A stretch of 64,000 nt of DNA from positions 10,170,001 to 10,234,000 of the forward strand of contig CM075995.1 in NCBI GenBank assembly GCA_038087875.1. Direction: 5' to 3'. Source of the DNA: Malacoraja senta. Taxonomy: Eukaryota. Below the pieces are notes generated by a model. It was not told the DNA's origin, did no database searches, and was given only the letters and a program-made list of their open reading frames with translations. Position 1 is the first letter of the stretch. Each line of letters starts with the position of its first letter. Positions 12,291-24,594 of this stretch are shown one piece after another. The position numbers and the translations under genes were made by a program.

Positions 12291-13304
12291 GTCCATCAAA
12301 CCACACTCTATCTCTCTCTCTGCTGTGTTCCCCCGCCCCCCCCCTACGGTGCACATTATTTCTCTCACTGTCCCCCAAACCCCCAGTCACTGTTCCTTTT
12401 CCCCTCTTCCCTACCCTCAACCCCTATCTCCGAGTCCCATATTTATCTTTTATATCCCTCCCCTGCTATCCTCTTCCATCCATTTATGGTCCCCCAGAGT
12501 TAGGGTCTCACGCACACACACACCCTTTACAAGCTCCGCGCACCACACACACACACCCCGTACCAGCTCCGCACACGCACACACGCCCCCTTTACAAGCA
12601 CCGCACACGCAGACACCCCCTGTACCAGTTCCGCACACTTTTTTTTTAGCTCTGCACACGCACAACCTTCACCAGCTCCGCACACGCACACAAAGCACGC
12701 ATGCACACGCATGCCCATCACCAGCTCCACACGGGACGGGCGCCAACTACTCCCGCCTACGGGGACAAGCAGCATCCTTCCTCTGGTTGACAACAATGCT
12801 GGAGAAACTCAGCGGGTGAGGCAGCATCTATCGAGAGAAGGAATAGGCGAAACGTCGCCTATTCCTTCTTTCCATAGGCGGTGCCTCACTCGCTGAGTTT
12901 CCCCAGCATTTTTGTCTACCTCCGATTTTTCCAGCATCTGCAGTTCTTTCTTAAGCATCCTTCCTCTCATTGGCCCACAACCACTCCTGTTCCCTGATTA
13001 GATTGCAAGCTCCCTTGTCGGGCTGGACGTGCTCCGCCACTCTGTCCAGACACCTCTGCATTCTGTTCCTGTTGACACAGCGGCAGACACACCCTGATCT
13101 CAAGCTGGGGCCAATGACTAACTAACAGCCAGCTGCTCCAATCACCCCTGGCTGAACACAAGCTCAGGCACGCGGCACCATTAACACAGTCAGCCTCCAC
13201 TCAGTCCCACGATGCAGGCCCTCAGCCCACTGAAAACACAGTCTGCACAGCACTCATTATGTATAGTGGAGAACCTTCCCCAGACAACACCATATGAACG
13301 ATTA

Positions 13305-14165
13305 ATAGGGCTGTACACGGCGCTGCGGCTGTACATGGAGTTAAGGACTGTACACGGCGTTAGGGCTGTACATGGAGTTAGGGCTGTACATGGAATTAGG
13401 GCTGTACATGGAGTTAGGGACTGTACACGGAGTTAGGGACTGTACACGGAGTTAGGGACTACATGGAATTAGGGCTGTAGATTGAGTTAGGGACTGTACA
13501 CTGAGTTAGGGACTGTACATGGAGTTAGGGACTGAACACGGAGTTAGGGACTGTAAATGGAGTTAGGGACTGTACATGGAGTTAGGGACTGTACACGGAG
13601 TTCGGGACTGTACATGGAGTTAGGGACTGAACACGGAGTTAGGGACTGTACATGGAGTTAGGGGCTGTACATGGAGTTAGGGACTACACGGAGTTAGGGA
13701 CTACATGGAATTAGGGCTGTAGATTGAGTTAGGGCTGTATACTGAGTTAGGGACTGTACATGGAGTTAGGGACTGAACACGGAGTTAGGGACTGTAAATG
13801 GAGTTAGGGACTGTACATGGAGTTAGGGACTGTACACGGAGTTCGGGACTGTACATGGAGTTAGGGACTGAACACGGAGTTAGGGACTGTACATGGAGTT
13901 AGGGACTGTACATGGAGTTAGGGACTGTACATGGAGTTAGGGACTGTACACGGAGTTGGGGAATGTACATGGAGTTAGGGCTGTACATGGAGTTAGGGAC
14001 TGTACACGGAGTTAGGGACTACATGGAATTAGGGCTGTAGATTGAGTTAGGGCTGTACACGGAGTTAGGGACTACATCGAGTTAGGGCTGTACATGGAGT
14101 TAGGGACTACATGGAGTTAGGGCTTACATGGAGTTAGGGCTGTACATGGAGTTAAGGCTGTGCAT
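13305..14165. repeat. ~19-bp minisatellite GGAGTTAGGGACTGTACAT with a TTAGGG hexamer in most units
   Basis: About 45 units of 16-19 bp seen directly, with one block of variants repeated as a higher-order unit. Confidence 0.95.
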
Positions 14166-14242
14166 GTACTGTATGTACAGCATTGGGAGTGTACACAGTA
14201 TTGGGAGTGTACACAGTATTCGGAATGTACACAGAAACACAA

Positions 14243-14835
14243 CTGTTTCTCAAACGCTGAGGTATTCCCAACCTTAACTACCTCTTCTGGCAGCTTGTTC
14301 CGTACACCCACCACCCTTTGTGTGAAAAAGTTACCCCTCAGATTCCTATTAAATATTTTCCCCTTCACCTTGAACCCATGTCCACTGGTCCTCGATTCAT
14401 CTACTCTGGGCAAGTGACTGTGCATCTACCCAATCTATTCCTCTCATGATTTAGTACACCTCTATAAGATCACCTCTCATCCTCCTGCACTCCAAGGAAT
14501 AGAGTCCCAGCCTACTCAACCCTTTAGCCCTGGAAACATCCTTGTAAATCTTCTTAGTACCATTTCCAGCTTGACAACATTTTTCCTATAACATGGTACC
14601 CAGGATTGAACACAATACTCTAAATGCAGCTTCACCAACATCTTATACAACTGCAACATGACCCCCCAACTTCTTTATTCTGACTGATGAAGGTGAATGT
14701 GCCAAAAGCCTTTTTGACCACCCTGTCTACCTGCGACTCAACCTTCAAGGAACCATGCACCTGCTCTCCTTGATCCCTCTGGTCTGCAACACTCGCCAGA
14801 GCCTTACCATTCACTGTGTAGGGTCCTGCCCATGT
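14243..14835 (-). mobile_element. CR1 LINE fragment
   Basis: Encodes ESRTSGHGFKVKG..FNRNLRGNFFTQRVVGV.N.LPEEVV and VHGSLKVESQVDRVVKKAFG. Confidence 0.85.
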
Positions 14836-15863
14836 TGCCCAGAGTTCTGCTCTGTATTCCACTAGGGCGCCGCACGATTGGCAACCCTGCGAACAGTCTA
14901 TCTTTTTTTCGTCTTAAAAAAATAATATTTAGTGTGTTTTAAAACTTTGTGTAAATGTTTTCCGGTTTGTTTTATGTGGGGGGAGAGGGAGGGGGTCTGG
15001 GGAAACTTTTTTTTCCAGTCTCTTACCTTGCCAGAGATGCGATTGTTTTCCGGATCGTTTCTCCGGTCGCTCTGCGGCTTCACATCGATGGAGCTGGAGG
15101 GCTCCTCGGACTGACTTTGAGCGTGGACTTAACTTCGGAGCCGATCCTTTGCCTGGGATCGCTCCAACCGCGGCCTGCGGACTTTACCATCGAGAACTCG
15201 CAGTCTCGGGAGAGGCCGAGTCAGGAGCTCCAACGACGCAGAGGTTCGACCAGCACCGACCCGGGGTCCGATTGCCAGCGCGGGGGAGCTGACATCCCCC
15301 CGATTCAAGAGCTGATCACCCCGATGCGGAGGGCCCAAACGCTGTCGGCTACGGGAGTCAAGATCGTCCCGTCAACGGAGGGCACGAGGCCCCCGACCGC
15401 GGGAGAGCAAAGAAGGGAAGGGATTTAACTTTTTTTCACCTTCCATCACTGTGGTTGATGTTTATGTTAAATGTATTTTGTGTGTTCTGTTGCTTTTTAT
15501 TTGTATGACTGACTTGGCAAATGAAATGTTGCAAAACATACTTGGCTAATAATATATTATTGTGATTGTGTTTGTGATTGTGATTTCTCTAAACTAAACT
15601 AACCTGGTTAGAGATCTGGCCAAGGATGAGTTCTGTATTTTGGCTCCTGTAACCTGGGTGAATTCCGTGACAGCAACACAGCACTTGGAAACGGAAATTG
15701 TGCTGAGACTTTCAGCAGCCTCTGCAAAATTACTGTGGTGAAGGTATCAGCAAAAGTGGAACTTTGTGTTGGCAACGTACAGCTAAATTTCCAACCTATG
15801 AGATAATTCAAGGAGGAAGATGGCATTTTGAGGCACACTCTCACGACAATTAATGTATCTGTG

Positions 15864-16472
15864 ACAATAGACAATAGGTGCAGGAGTAGGCCATTCGGCC
15901 CTTCGAGCCAGCACCACCATTCAATGTGATCATGGCTGATCATCCCCAATCAGTACCCCGTTCCTGCCTTCTCCCCATATCCCCTGACTCCGCTATCTTT
16001 AAGAGCCCTATCTAGCTCTCTCTTGATAGTATCCAGAGAACCGGCCTCCACCACCCTCTGAGACAGAGAATTTCACAGACTCACAACTGTCTGTGAGAAA
16101 AAGTGTTTCCTCGTCTCCGTTCTAAATGGCTTACCCCTTATTCTTAAACTGTGGCCCCTGGTTCTGGACTCCCCCAACATCGGGAACATGCTTCCTGCCT
16201 CTAGCGTGTCCAAACCCTTAACAATCTTATATGTTTCAATAAGATATCCTCTCATCCTTCTAAACTCCAGAGTGTACAAGCCCAGCCGCTCCATTCTCTC
16301 AGCATATGACCGTCCCGCCATCCCGGGAATTAACCTTGTAAACCTACGCTGCACTCCCTCAATAGCAAGAATGTCATTCCTCAAATTAAGGGACCAAAAC
16401 TGCACACAATACTCCAGGCGTGGTCTCACTAGGGCCCTGTACAACTGCGGAAGGACCTCTTTGCTCCTAGAC
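15864..16472 (-). mobile_element. CR1 LINE 3' fragment
   Basis: Encodes YRALVRPRLEYCVQFWS...RRFTRLIPGMAG...GESRTRGHSLRIRG and has a (CTATTGT)n tail. Confidence 0.92.
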
Positions 16473-17012
16473 TCGTCAGCCTGACAAATGCCTTTACGTG
16501 TTTACAAGACTGAGAAGATTTGGTTTGTGGAGGAATACTCTATCGAACCTCCACAGGTGTACAGTGGAGAATACACTGGTTTTGTCACAGCCTGGTTCAG
16601 CAACTCGAACGTCCAGGAATGAAGGAGGCTATAGAGAGTTGTGGACACTGCCCGGTCCATCGCAGGTACTGATCTCCCCACCATTGAAGGCATCGACAGG
16701 AGGCACAGCCGCAAAGACGTGACCAATACTATCCAAGACACGACTCTGACCACGCTCTCATATCTCAGCTACCATCGGGAAGAAGGTTGAGGAGTCTGGA
16801 AACTGTGACCTTCAGGTTTCAAGAGCAGCTTTTCAGCAACCATCACGCTCTTGAACACTGCACAACACTAAGCTCAGCAACTGTGATCTTCTATGGGCTG
16901 TGTCTTTGGTTGCACTACCCTCTCAGAATCAAAAGCTTCAAATTCCTGGGCGTGCATATTTCTGAAGATGTTTCCTTGACCCAGCACATTGATGCAGTTC
17001 TAAAGAACGCGT

Positions 17013-17040
17013 CTGAAGAAGGGTCTCAACCCGAAACGTC
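17013..17040 (+). ncRNA. Minimal type-I hammerhead ribozyme core in a Penelope-derived repeat
   Basis: CTGAAGA-A-GGGT(CTCA)ACCC-GAAA-CGTC gives a CUGANGA box, stem II, GAAA box, palindromic ACGT and a GUC cleavage triplet. Stem I is only about 2 bp here. Confidence 0.55.
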
Positions 17041-19338
17041 ACCCATTCCTTCTCTCCAGAGATGCTGCCTGTCCCGCTGAGTTACTCCAGCTTTTTGTGT
17101 CTATCTTCAGTTATAAAGAAACCTAATCAACCCCTCTACTTCCTGAGAAAATGATGGTGATTTGGTATGTCGGAGAGGACTCTCTTAAACGTCTACAGAT
17201 GTATAGAGAACATACATGTTGTATCACGGCCTGGTTCGGCAACTTGAATCCCTCCACTGTCCCTGTGTCTGCAGCCATCTCCCTGTGTCCCTGTGTGATC
17301 CCTCCTCTCTTCCTCTGTCCCAGTGGTCCGTGTGTCTGCAGCTCTCTCCCGCTTCTCCCCCATGCACTCTGTCTGTTTACACTGTAAACTCGTTCCTTTA
17401 TCCGTATCCATGCGCCCCACCCCTGTTGCCATGGCAGTGCAGGAATATTTGATAAGGAATATCCCTGGGGCGCAGGAATATTGTAGGCCCCTCCCATGGC
17501 AGACGGTGAGCCCTCCCAGTGTACCGTGATCCGCAGCCCTCCCCTCCACTCACTCTCCCGCCAACCCCTTTATTCCTGTGGCCATTCGGCCCACGCTGCC
17601 CACCCAACCCACACCACACTCTGGGCTCAGCATCATCCCAACCACCATCAAGCGCAGGGCCAGCAGGAGTGAGGCCATTCGGCCCCCCTAAGCCTGGAAG
17701 TTCCACAACGCAGGTACATCCCACCTTGATGCAATTCCCTGCACTCTGCTCCTTCCCGGACAGGGCCGGATTTAGATGAAGAGAGGCCCTAAGCAATTTC
17801 ACTTGTGAGCACCCCCCCCTCCCAATCCCCCACCCCCACGACTAGTCAAGTCAAGTCAAGTCAAGTTTAGTCGTCACATACACATACGACATGTGCAGTG
17901 AAATGAAAGTGGCAATGCTTGCGGATTGTGCAAAAAAACCCTATAAAACAGAATGGAACAGAATCACATATTCACATATTACATATTTGTGGGAGGAAAA
18001 AAGAGGAAAAAACAGCAATTTAAAAAAGACACCACACAACAGTAAATTGGTACAGTAAGTTAGTCCCTGGTGAGATAGGAGTTTACAGTCCTAATGGCCT
18101 GTGGGAATAAGCTCCTTCTCATCCTCTCCATTTTCACAGCATGGCAACGGAGGCGTTTGCCTGACCGTAGCAGCTGGAACAGTCTGTTGGCCCTGGATTT
18201 GCACCTTCTGATGTATAGTTCCTGCAGAGGGGCGAGTGTAGTTCCCATAGTGCGTTTGGCCGAATGCACTACTCTCTGCAGAGCCTTCTTGTCCTGGGCA
18301 GAGCAGTTCCCAAACCAAATTGTGATGTTTCCGGACAAGATGCTTTCCACAGCCGCTGAGTAGAAGCACTGGAGGATCCTCAGAGACACTCTGATTTTCC
18401 TCAATTGCCTGAGGTGGTAAAGGAGCAGCCTTGCCTTACTGCGGCAGTGTGTGATGTCCATGTCAGTTCCTCTGAGATGTGGACTCCCAGGTATTTAAAG
18501 CAGCTCACCCTATCCACAGTATCTCCATTTATCTTCAATGGTGTGTACGTCCTCGGATGTTGTGCCCTCCTAAAGTCCACGATCAGCTCCTTAGTTTTTT
18601 TTTGACATTCAAGAGGAGGCTGTTGTCTTGACACCAGAGTGCCAGGTCAGCCACCTCCTCCCGGTAGGCCTTCTCATCGTTATCGGAGATCTGGCCCTCC
18701 ACCACAGTGTCATCAGCAAACTTGATTATAGAGTTGGAGCTCAACCTAGCCACACAGTCATGTGTGTACAGGGAGTACAGTAAGGGGCTGAGGACGCAAC
18801 CCTGGGGGGATCCTGTGCTAAGGGTGAGGGACTTTGATGTATTTCCTCCCATCTTGACTACCTGGGGCCTGGCGGTGAGAAAGTCCAGGACCCAGGCACA
18901 CAGGTGGGTGTTGAGCCCCAATTCCAGCAGCTTCTCAGCAAGTCTGGTGGGGACTATGGTGTTGAAGGCTGAACTGCAGTCTATGAACAGCATCCTCACA
19001 TAGCCCCCCTTCTGGCTGTCAAGGTGAGAGAGAGCGGTGTGCAGAACCTGGGAGACCGCATCGTCCGTGGATCTGTTTGGACGGTATGCAAATTGTAGCG
19101 GGTCCATGTTGCGAGGGAGGAAGGCGCAGATGTGTTTCTTGACCAGCCTCTCAAAGCATTTCATGACTACCGAGGTGAGGACCACCGGACGGTAGTAATT
19201 CAGACAAGCTGGGGAGGCATTTTTTGGTACAGGTACAATGATGGATCTTTTGAAGCAGGCAGGGAACACGGACTTGGCCAGGGAGAGGTTGAATATTGTA
19301 GTGAGCACCGGAGCTAGCTGCATAGAACAAGACTTAAG

Positions 19339-19542
19339 TGTTAAGTACTGGAGTCAGATACTTAAATAACCATCGAGAAACCATCAGGTAAAACCAACGT
19401 GCCTTTAATCATGGTTTCAGAGGGGGAAAAGAAGAGAGAGTGCTCACACTACCACCAGGGCTTTTATACTAAGCAAGCCCCCTTTTGTGGCTACCGGTAT
19501 TACAATAGGTGTATGATATCTCTTATAGGGGCATACACCACA
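19339..19542 (-). repeat. Gypsy 3' LTR (204 bp)
   Basis: Direct repeat of 24389-24594, differing by 2 substitutions and a 2-nt T-run indel by eye. Confidence 0.95.
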
Positions 19543-19733
19543 ATCCTCCCCCTTTAAAACCCTTAGTTTTACACAATACCTACAACAGATCATATAATAG
19601 ATGACAAAATTACATTATCACCTTCACCTTATATTTTGCAAGCACAATATAATAACACCATCACCAATACGTGAGGGAAAAAAAAAAAAACACACACACA
19701 GGAAACATCACTTAGTCAGTCCCGTATTCAATG

Positions 19734-20852
19734 TCAAAGTTCATCAATCAACCTCTGTGGCGGCCTTGATATTCTGGTTGAGCGTCTTAATCCAGATTCT
19801 ACAGGCGAACACCGCACTTCCGAGCTAGGGAACACCTGTTTTCGTATTGCAACCACCTGGTCAGGAACCTGTACTGCTACTTTAGCTGGTGAAATATCCA
19901 ACGAAGGCATAGGTGCTTCTTTGGCAGCTAGAACAGGATAACAAGACATAGGCACAATAGGTTCCAATTCCTTATTCGACCATTGGCCCCCCATTGATAC
20001 TGGCTGATCCGAAGCACTTAACCGAGGTTCCAGATGAGGAGCAATAGTAGACTGTACGATTTGATCCACATGCCGGCGAATCTGGCCATCGGCCGTGTTG
20101 ACTGCATACATTAGAGGTCCTTGTACCTCCGCAACAACTCCCGGCTGCCATTTCTGGTTTCTATAATCGCGGGCAAGTACAGCTTCACCAACCTGGAAAC
20201 TCCTGGTAAGACGTTGAGGTGCACAATGGAACACTTTCTGTTCCACTTGTCTTCTAAGATCAGGACGAACTAAGTCCAATTTGGAACCCAACTGTCTGTT
20301 GAAAAACACCATCGCAGGTGATTGACCTGTTACAGCATGAACCGCATTTCTATAGTTGAACAAAAAATTGTCCAATTTATGTTGCATAGGCAGATCCTCA
20401 TGTTTCATTGCTTTAAGCGCCTTCTTAAAGGTCTGTACAAAACGCTCCGCCAGTCCATTTGTTGCCGGATGATAAGGTGCCGACGTATAGTGTTTAATGC
20501 CATTAGTCTTCAGAAACTTCTTAAAGTCTTCAGATACAAATTGAGGCCCGTTATCCGAACATATTTGTTCAGGAAAACCATACCTTGCAAAAATTGTTCG
20601 TAACGTCGCAATCGTCTTCTGAGACGTAGTTGAGGACATCTTTATAATCTCTGGCCATTTCGAATGCGCATCTACTACCATCAGGAACATAGACTCTTGA
20701 AAGGGTCCTGCATAATCAATATGAACCCGTTTCCATGGACCAGACGGCCATTCCCATGGATGGATAGGGGCCAATGGAGGTGTCTTCTGCTCAAGCCGAC
20801 AGCCAGAACAATTTTTGGCCAATTCCTCAATCTGGCCATCATACATATGCAC
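19734..20852 (-). CDS. Gypsy integrase (frameshifted from RT/RNase H)
   Basis: CSGC half of the zinc finger, PWKRVHIDYAGP, VVDAHSKWPE, SDNGPQF and PYHPATNGLAERFVQTFK (DDE triad). Confidence 0.92.
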   Translation of the reverse strand: MHMYDGQIEELAKNCSGCRLEQKTPPLAPIHPWEWPSGPWKRVHIDYAGPFQESMFLMVVDAHSKWPEIIKMSSTTSQKTIATLRTIFARYGFPEQICSDNGPQFVSEDFKKFLKTNGIKHYTSAPYHPATNGLAERFVQTFKKALKAMKHEDLPMQHKLDNFLFNYRNAVHAVTGQSPAMVFFNRQLGSKLDLVRPDLRRQVEQKVFHCAPQRLTRSFQVGEAVLARDYRNQKWQPGVVAEVQGPLMYAVNTADGQIRRHVDQIVQSTIAPHLEPRLSASDQPVSMGGQWSNKELEPIVPMSCYPVLAAKEAPMPSLDISPAKVAVQVPDQVVAIRKQVFPSSEVRCSPVESGLRRSTRISRPPQRLIDEL

Positions 20853-22644
20853 GAGCCAGACTTTTCATCTTAGTGCATCCTAGATGACCAACGTGTAGTT
20901 CCTCCAAGATTTGTTTCTGTAACTTTTGGGGGATCACCACTCTAGAACCACACATCACGGTACCCCTGCACGTAGACAATTGTTCTCTTCTTGCTGAATA
21001 TTGAGGAAACCGAGAATCTCCTTCCGCTGGCCACCCTCGTACTGTTACATCATATACCCCTGAAAGAGTCCTATCATTCCTTGTCTCACGCTCTATACGT
21101 TTGTTATCCACTGGCAACACTTCACAAATGGACATATGAAACAATTCTGCCACATCAGTCATTGGTACATCACTTACAATCGGTAATGGCAATCTTGACA
21201 AACTATCTGCATTCCCATGCAACTTTGTGCCTCTATACTGGATGTCATAACGATGTGCACCCCAAAACAAGGCCCATCTCTGCAAGCGCTGTGCCGTCAT
21301 CAAGGGCACCCCCTTTTTTGGATTAAATATCGAAACCAACGGCTGATGATCCGTAATCAATGTAAATTTCTGTCCATATAAGTAATGATTAAATTTTTTA
21401 ACACCCCATACCAGGCTAAGAGCCTCCCTATCAATTTGGGCGTAATTCTTTTCAGCCGTGGACAATGACCTTGATGCAAAAGCAATTGGTCGTTCATGAC
21501 CCCCTGGAAACTGATGTGAAAGCACTGCACCTATACCATAAGGAGATGCATCACAAGCCAGCTTAATTGGTATTGCTGGATCAAAATGTGCAAGCACCTT
21601 CCTTGATGTAATCAAGACCTTACTATCAGCAAATGCCTTCACACATTCCAACGACCAATTCCATTTCACCCCTGATTCTAACAATCCATTTAATGGATAC
21701 AGGATAGCAGATAAGTTTGGCAAAAATTTATGATAGTAATTTATCAGTCCCAGAAATGAGCGTAACTGTGACACATTCACCAGAGCTGGCGCATTTACCA
21801 CCGCAGCAATTTTGTCTGGTGATTTATGCAACCCATGTCTATCAATCAAATGTCCACAATACGCCAGTTGTTCCTTGAAGAAGTCACACTTGGCCTTGTT
21901 AGCCCTAAGGCCATAACGTTTTAACCTGCCCAACACCCGTTCCAAATTGGAGAGGTGTTCTTCCACCATCCTACCTGTGATCAAAATATCATCCAAGTAA
22001 CATTGGGTACCTGGAATACCTTGCAGCACCTGCTCCATGGCTCTCTGCCACATAGCCGGCGCCGAAGCTACCCTAAAAACCAACCTATTATACCTATACA
22101 AGCCTTTATGCGTATTAATCGTCAGGTAATGTCTGGAATCTTCCTCTACCTCCATCTGCAAATATGCTTGTGCCAGATCTATTTTAGAAAAATGTTGCCA
22201 TCCTGCCAATGAGGCAAAAATCTCATCAATCTTTGGCAATGGATATTGTACTACTTTTAACACTGGATTCACTGTAACTTTAAAATCACCACAGATACGT
22301 ACTTTCTGTGCTAATCCCGGGCCATCCGGCAAAGCCTTTTTCATAACCGGCACAATAGGTGTAGCCCATTCACTCCAATCTATCCTTGAGAGCACTCCTT
22401 GTTGCTCTAAGTTATCTAATTCAGCTTCCACTGCTGGTCTAATTGCAAAAGGTACTGGTCGAGGTTTAAAAAACTTGGGGGCAGACCCCTCAGTAATTGA
22501 TATAGTAGCTTGAATACCAACCAACTTGCCAAGTCCTGATTGAAACACCTCTGGAGCTGTTGCCAACACTTCAGCCAATTTACTTTTTGAGGGTCCTATT
22601 AACCCCCGCTCCCTATGCTTTACTTCAACCAATTTACTTTGCAA
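20839..22644 (-). CDS. Gypsy reverse transcriptase and RNase H
   Basis: WATPIVPV, RICGDFK, KIDLAQAY, YLDDILI, LACDASPYGIGAVL and NYAQIDREAL. Confidence 0.95.
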   Translation of the reverse strand: MQSKLVEVKHRERGLIGPSKSKLAEVLATAPEVFQSGLGKLVGIQATISITEGSAPKFFKPRPVPFAIRPAVEAELDNLEQQGVLSRIDWSEWATPIVPVMKKALPDGPGLAQKVRICGDFKVTVNPVLKVVQYPLPKIDEIFASLAGWQHFSKIDLAQAYLQMEVEEDSRHYLTINTHKGLYRYNRLVFRVASAPAMWQRAMEQVLQGIPGTQCYLDDILITGRMVEEHLSNLERVLGRLKRYGLRANKAKCDFFKEQLAYCGHLIDRHGLHKSPDKIAAVVNAPALVNVSQLRSFLGLINYYHKFLPNLSAILYPLNGLLESGVKWNWSLECVKAFADSKVLITSRKVLAHFDPAIPIKLACDASPYGIGAVLSHQFPGGHERPIAFASRSLSTAEKNYAQIDREALSLVWGVKKFNHYLYGQKFTLITDHQPLVSIFNPKKGVPLMTAQRLQRWALFWGAHRYDIQYRGTKLHGNADSLSRLPLPIVSDVPMTDVAELFHMSICEVLPVDNKRIERETRNDRTLSGVYDVTVRGWPAEGDSRFPQYSARREQLSTCRGTVMCGSRVVIPQKLQKQILEELHVGHLGCTKMKSLARAYV

Positions 22645-22825
22645 GGGCCCGGTTAACCCCAGCTCCCTGTGCTTTAATGAGTGAATAGTTGATCAATCAA
22701 ATTTCAGTCTCCTAGCCCACTCTCTACCCAGTAATGGCCGTCCGCCTTCCCTCAGCACGTATATAAACAGATTCCTCACTGTCATACCATTGTACTTGGC
22801 TGATACCTCAATCCTTCCTTTTGGC

Positions 22826-23869
22826 CTAACCTTTTGGCCTAACCTTTTGACCCGTATAAGTTTTTAAAGCAATATTAGTCTTCTGCAACCGTTCTTGTGA
22901 AAAATACCTATAATAATCCTTCTCATTTATCACCGTTAACGCTGAACCAGTATCCAGTTCTAGTTTCAATGAAACTCCTGAAATGGTCAACATTACCCAC
23001 ATTATATCCAGTTCTGTCGAATTCTGCACTGCTTTAATCTTTAAGCAACTTACTTCTCTTGCTTCTACGTCTGAGTCAATACAACTGCTGCTCACACTAC
23101 TTTCCCTAACTTCATGGACTAACTTGGCCTCAGCCCCCAATGTCCTTGCTCTATAGTGTTCACTTCTACCAGGCTTCTTTGACCTACAAGCCCGTACAAT
23201 GTGACCCACTTTTCCACATCCATTACATATTTTATCTTTAAACCAGCAATCTTTCTGATGGTGAGTGGTTTTTCCACACCGGACACATCTCTCAGCCTTT
23301 GGTAATAATTTATGGGTTTCAAACTCTGGACTCTTCTGTTGTATGGCTGCCGCGCCCTCTTGGGCTTTCTCAAATGACGTAGCCATTGTAAATGCTTTGG
23401 ACAAATCTATATCACCCTCAGCTAACAGTTTTTGTAATAGAGTCTCACTTTTCAATCCACAAATAAATCTATCCCGTAATGCTTGATTTAAAAAATCATC
23501 AAATTTACAAAATACAGCTAATGTTCTTAGCTCTGCCAGAAATTGTGCCACAGTTTCTTCTAACTGCTGGTCCCTTTTATAAAATGCAAAACGCTCAGAT
23601 AAGAACAATGGTGCTGGATTCAGGTGTTCCTTTAATTTATCAGATATCTGTTTAAATGTTGCATTTGCAGCTTTTGTAGGATGTAACAGCCCCTTTGCTA
23701 ATCCATAAGTCTTAGCACCCATATAATTCAATAAATTCACAGCTTTCTTATCATCTGCTATATCATTAACAGTACAGAAAACATCAAATCTTTCCAAATA
23801 TGTGTCCCAAGTCTCTAAGTTGCTGTCGAAGATTCCACATTTTCCTTTTATTGCCATGTTGCTCATCAA
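22826..23869 (-). CDS. Gypsy Gag (two CCHC knuckles) and aspartic protease
   Basis: LRDRFICGL, CVRCGKTTHHQKDC, CNGCGKVGHIVRAC and LELDTGSA. Confidence 0.92.
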   Translation of the reverse strand: MMSNMAIKGKCGIFDSNLETWDTYLERFDVFCTVNDIADDKKAVNLLNYMGAKTYGLAKGLLHPTKAANATFKQISDKLKEHLNPAPLFLSERFAFYKRDQQLEETVAQFLAELRTLAVFCKFDDFLNQALRDRFICGLKSETLLQKLLAEGDIDLSKAFTMATSFEKAQEGAAAIQQKSPEFETHKLLPKAERCVRCGKTTHHQKDCWFKDKICNGCGKVGHIVRACRSKKPGRSEHYRARTLGAEAKLVHEVRESSVSSSCIDSDVEAREVSCLKIKAVQNSTELDIMWVMLTISGVSLKLELDTGSALTVINEKDYYRYFSQERLQKTNIALKTYTGQKVRPKG

Positions 23870-24388
23870 TTAGCTTCAATGGAATTAGTAAAACTTGTAA
23901 AATGGCACCCTTCTCTTCCGTTTTTAGGCGTGCCAAAAAATGGCGGTTCCCGCTTTTGCACCCTTCTCTTCCGGTTTTTAGGCGTGCCAAAAATGGCGGT
24001 TCCCGCCCTGTCTGCGCCCTTCTCTCGCAGCGTTTCTTTTTCCTGGACCCTCTAGGTCCGTTTCCAACCAGTCTCTTCAGCCTCCATCGGGTATACAGGC
24101 CTCTTTAACTGCTGAAACTGGAAAACCCCCACCGGCACACTATGCACTACCGACGGTATTCACCCCAACTACCAATGCGTTCCTGGGGCCCGCTCTCCGA
24201 GGTCACTTCTCCCCCTTGACTGCACTTTGCCCCAACACTCACAACTTTGGAGCTCCAGTCCAGCCTCAACCACACACCCGCCTCTACCAAGCTTCTTTGC
24301 CTTGGGAGGGTGCGGGGAGCGTTCTCCACTCGATCTTTCAGGATGCCGAGGTCGGTAAGACATCAGGGTTCTTTAATCTCGTCGCCAC

Positions 24389-24594
24389 TGTTAAGTACTG
24401 GAGTCAGATACTTAAATAACCATCGAGAAACCATCAGGTAAAACCAACGTGCCTTTAATCATGGTTTCAGAGGGGGAAAAGAAGAGAGAGTGCTCACACT
24501 ACCACCAGGACTTTTATACTAAGCAAGCCCCCTTTTTTGTGGCTACCGGTATTACAATAGGTGTATGATATCTCTTAAAGGGGCATACACCACA
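24389..24594 (-). repeat. Gypsy 5' LTR (206 bp)
   Basis: Direct repeat of 19339-19542, adjacent to the primer-binding site. Confidence 0.95.

Larger units (their letters stand above)
19339..24594 (-). mobile_element. Full-length Ty3/Gypsy LTR retrotransposon (Mag-like)
   Basis: Two TG..CA LTRs, a 5-bp TSD TTAAG (19334-19338, 24595-24599), a primer-binding site TGGCGACGAG next to the 5' LTR, a polypurine tract AAGGGGGAGGAT next to the 3' LTR, and gag-PR-RT-RH-IN domain order. Confidence 0.96.

Noticed and set aside
12960..13260. Unique segment with three CCAAT boxes as a possible promoter or enhancer
   Set aside because: Short motifs alone are insufficient; no linked exon or CpG island was found.
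13305..14165. CRISPR array or true telomere array
   Set aside because: There are no unique spacers or cas genes, the context is eukaryotic, and the TTAGGG hexamers are not contiguous.
14860..15590. CpG-rich segment with a 157-aa ORF as a possible gene
   Set aside because: It ends in a (TGTGAT)n tail and resembles sequence near 25050-25250, so it is probably an unclassified interspersed repeat.
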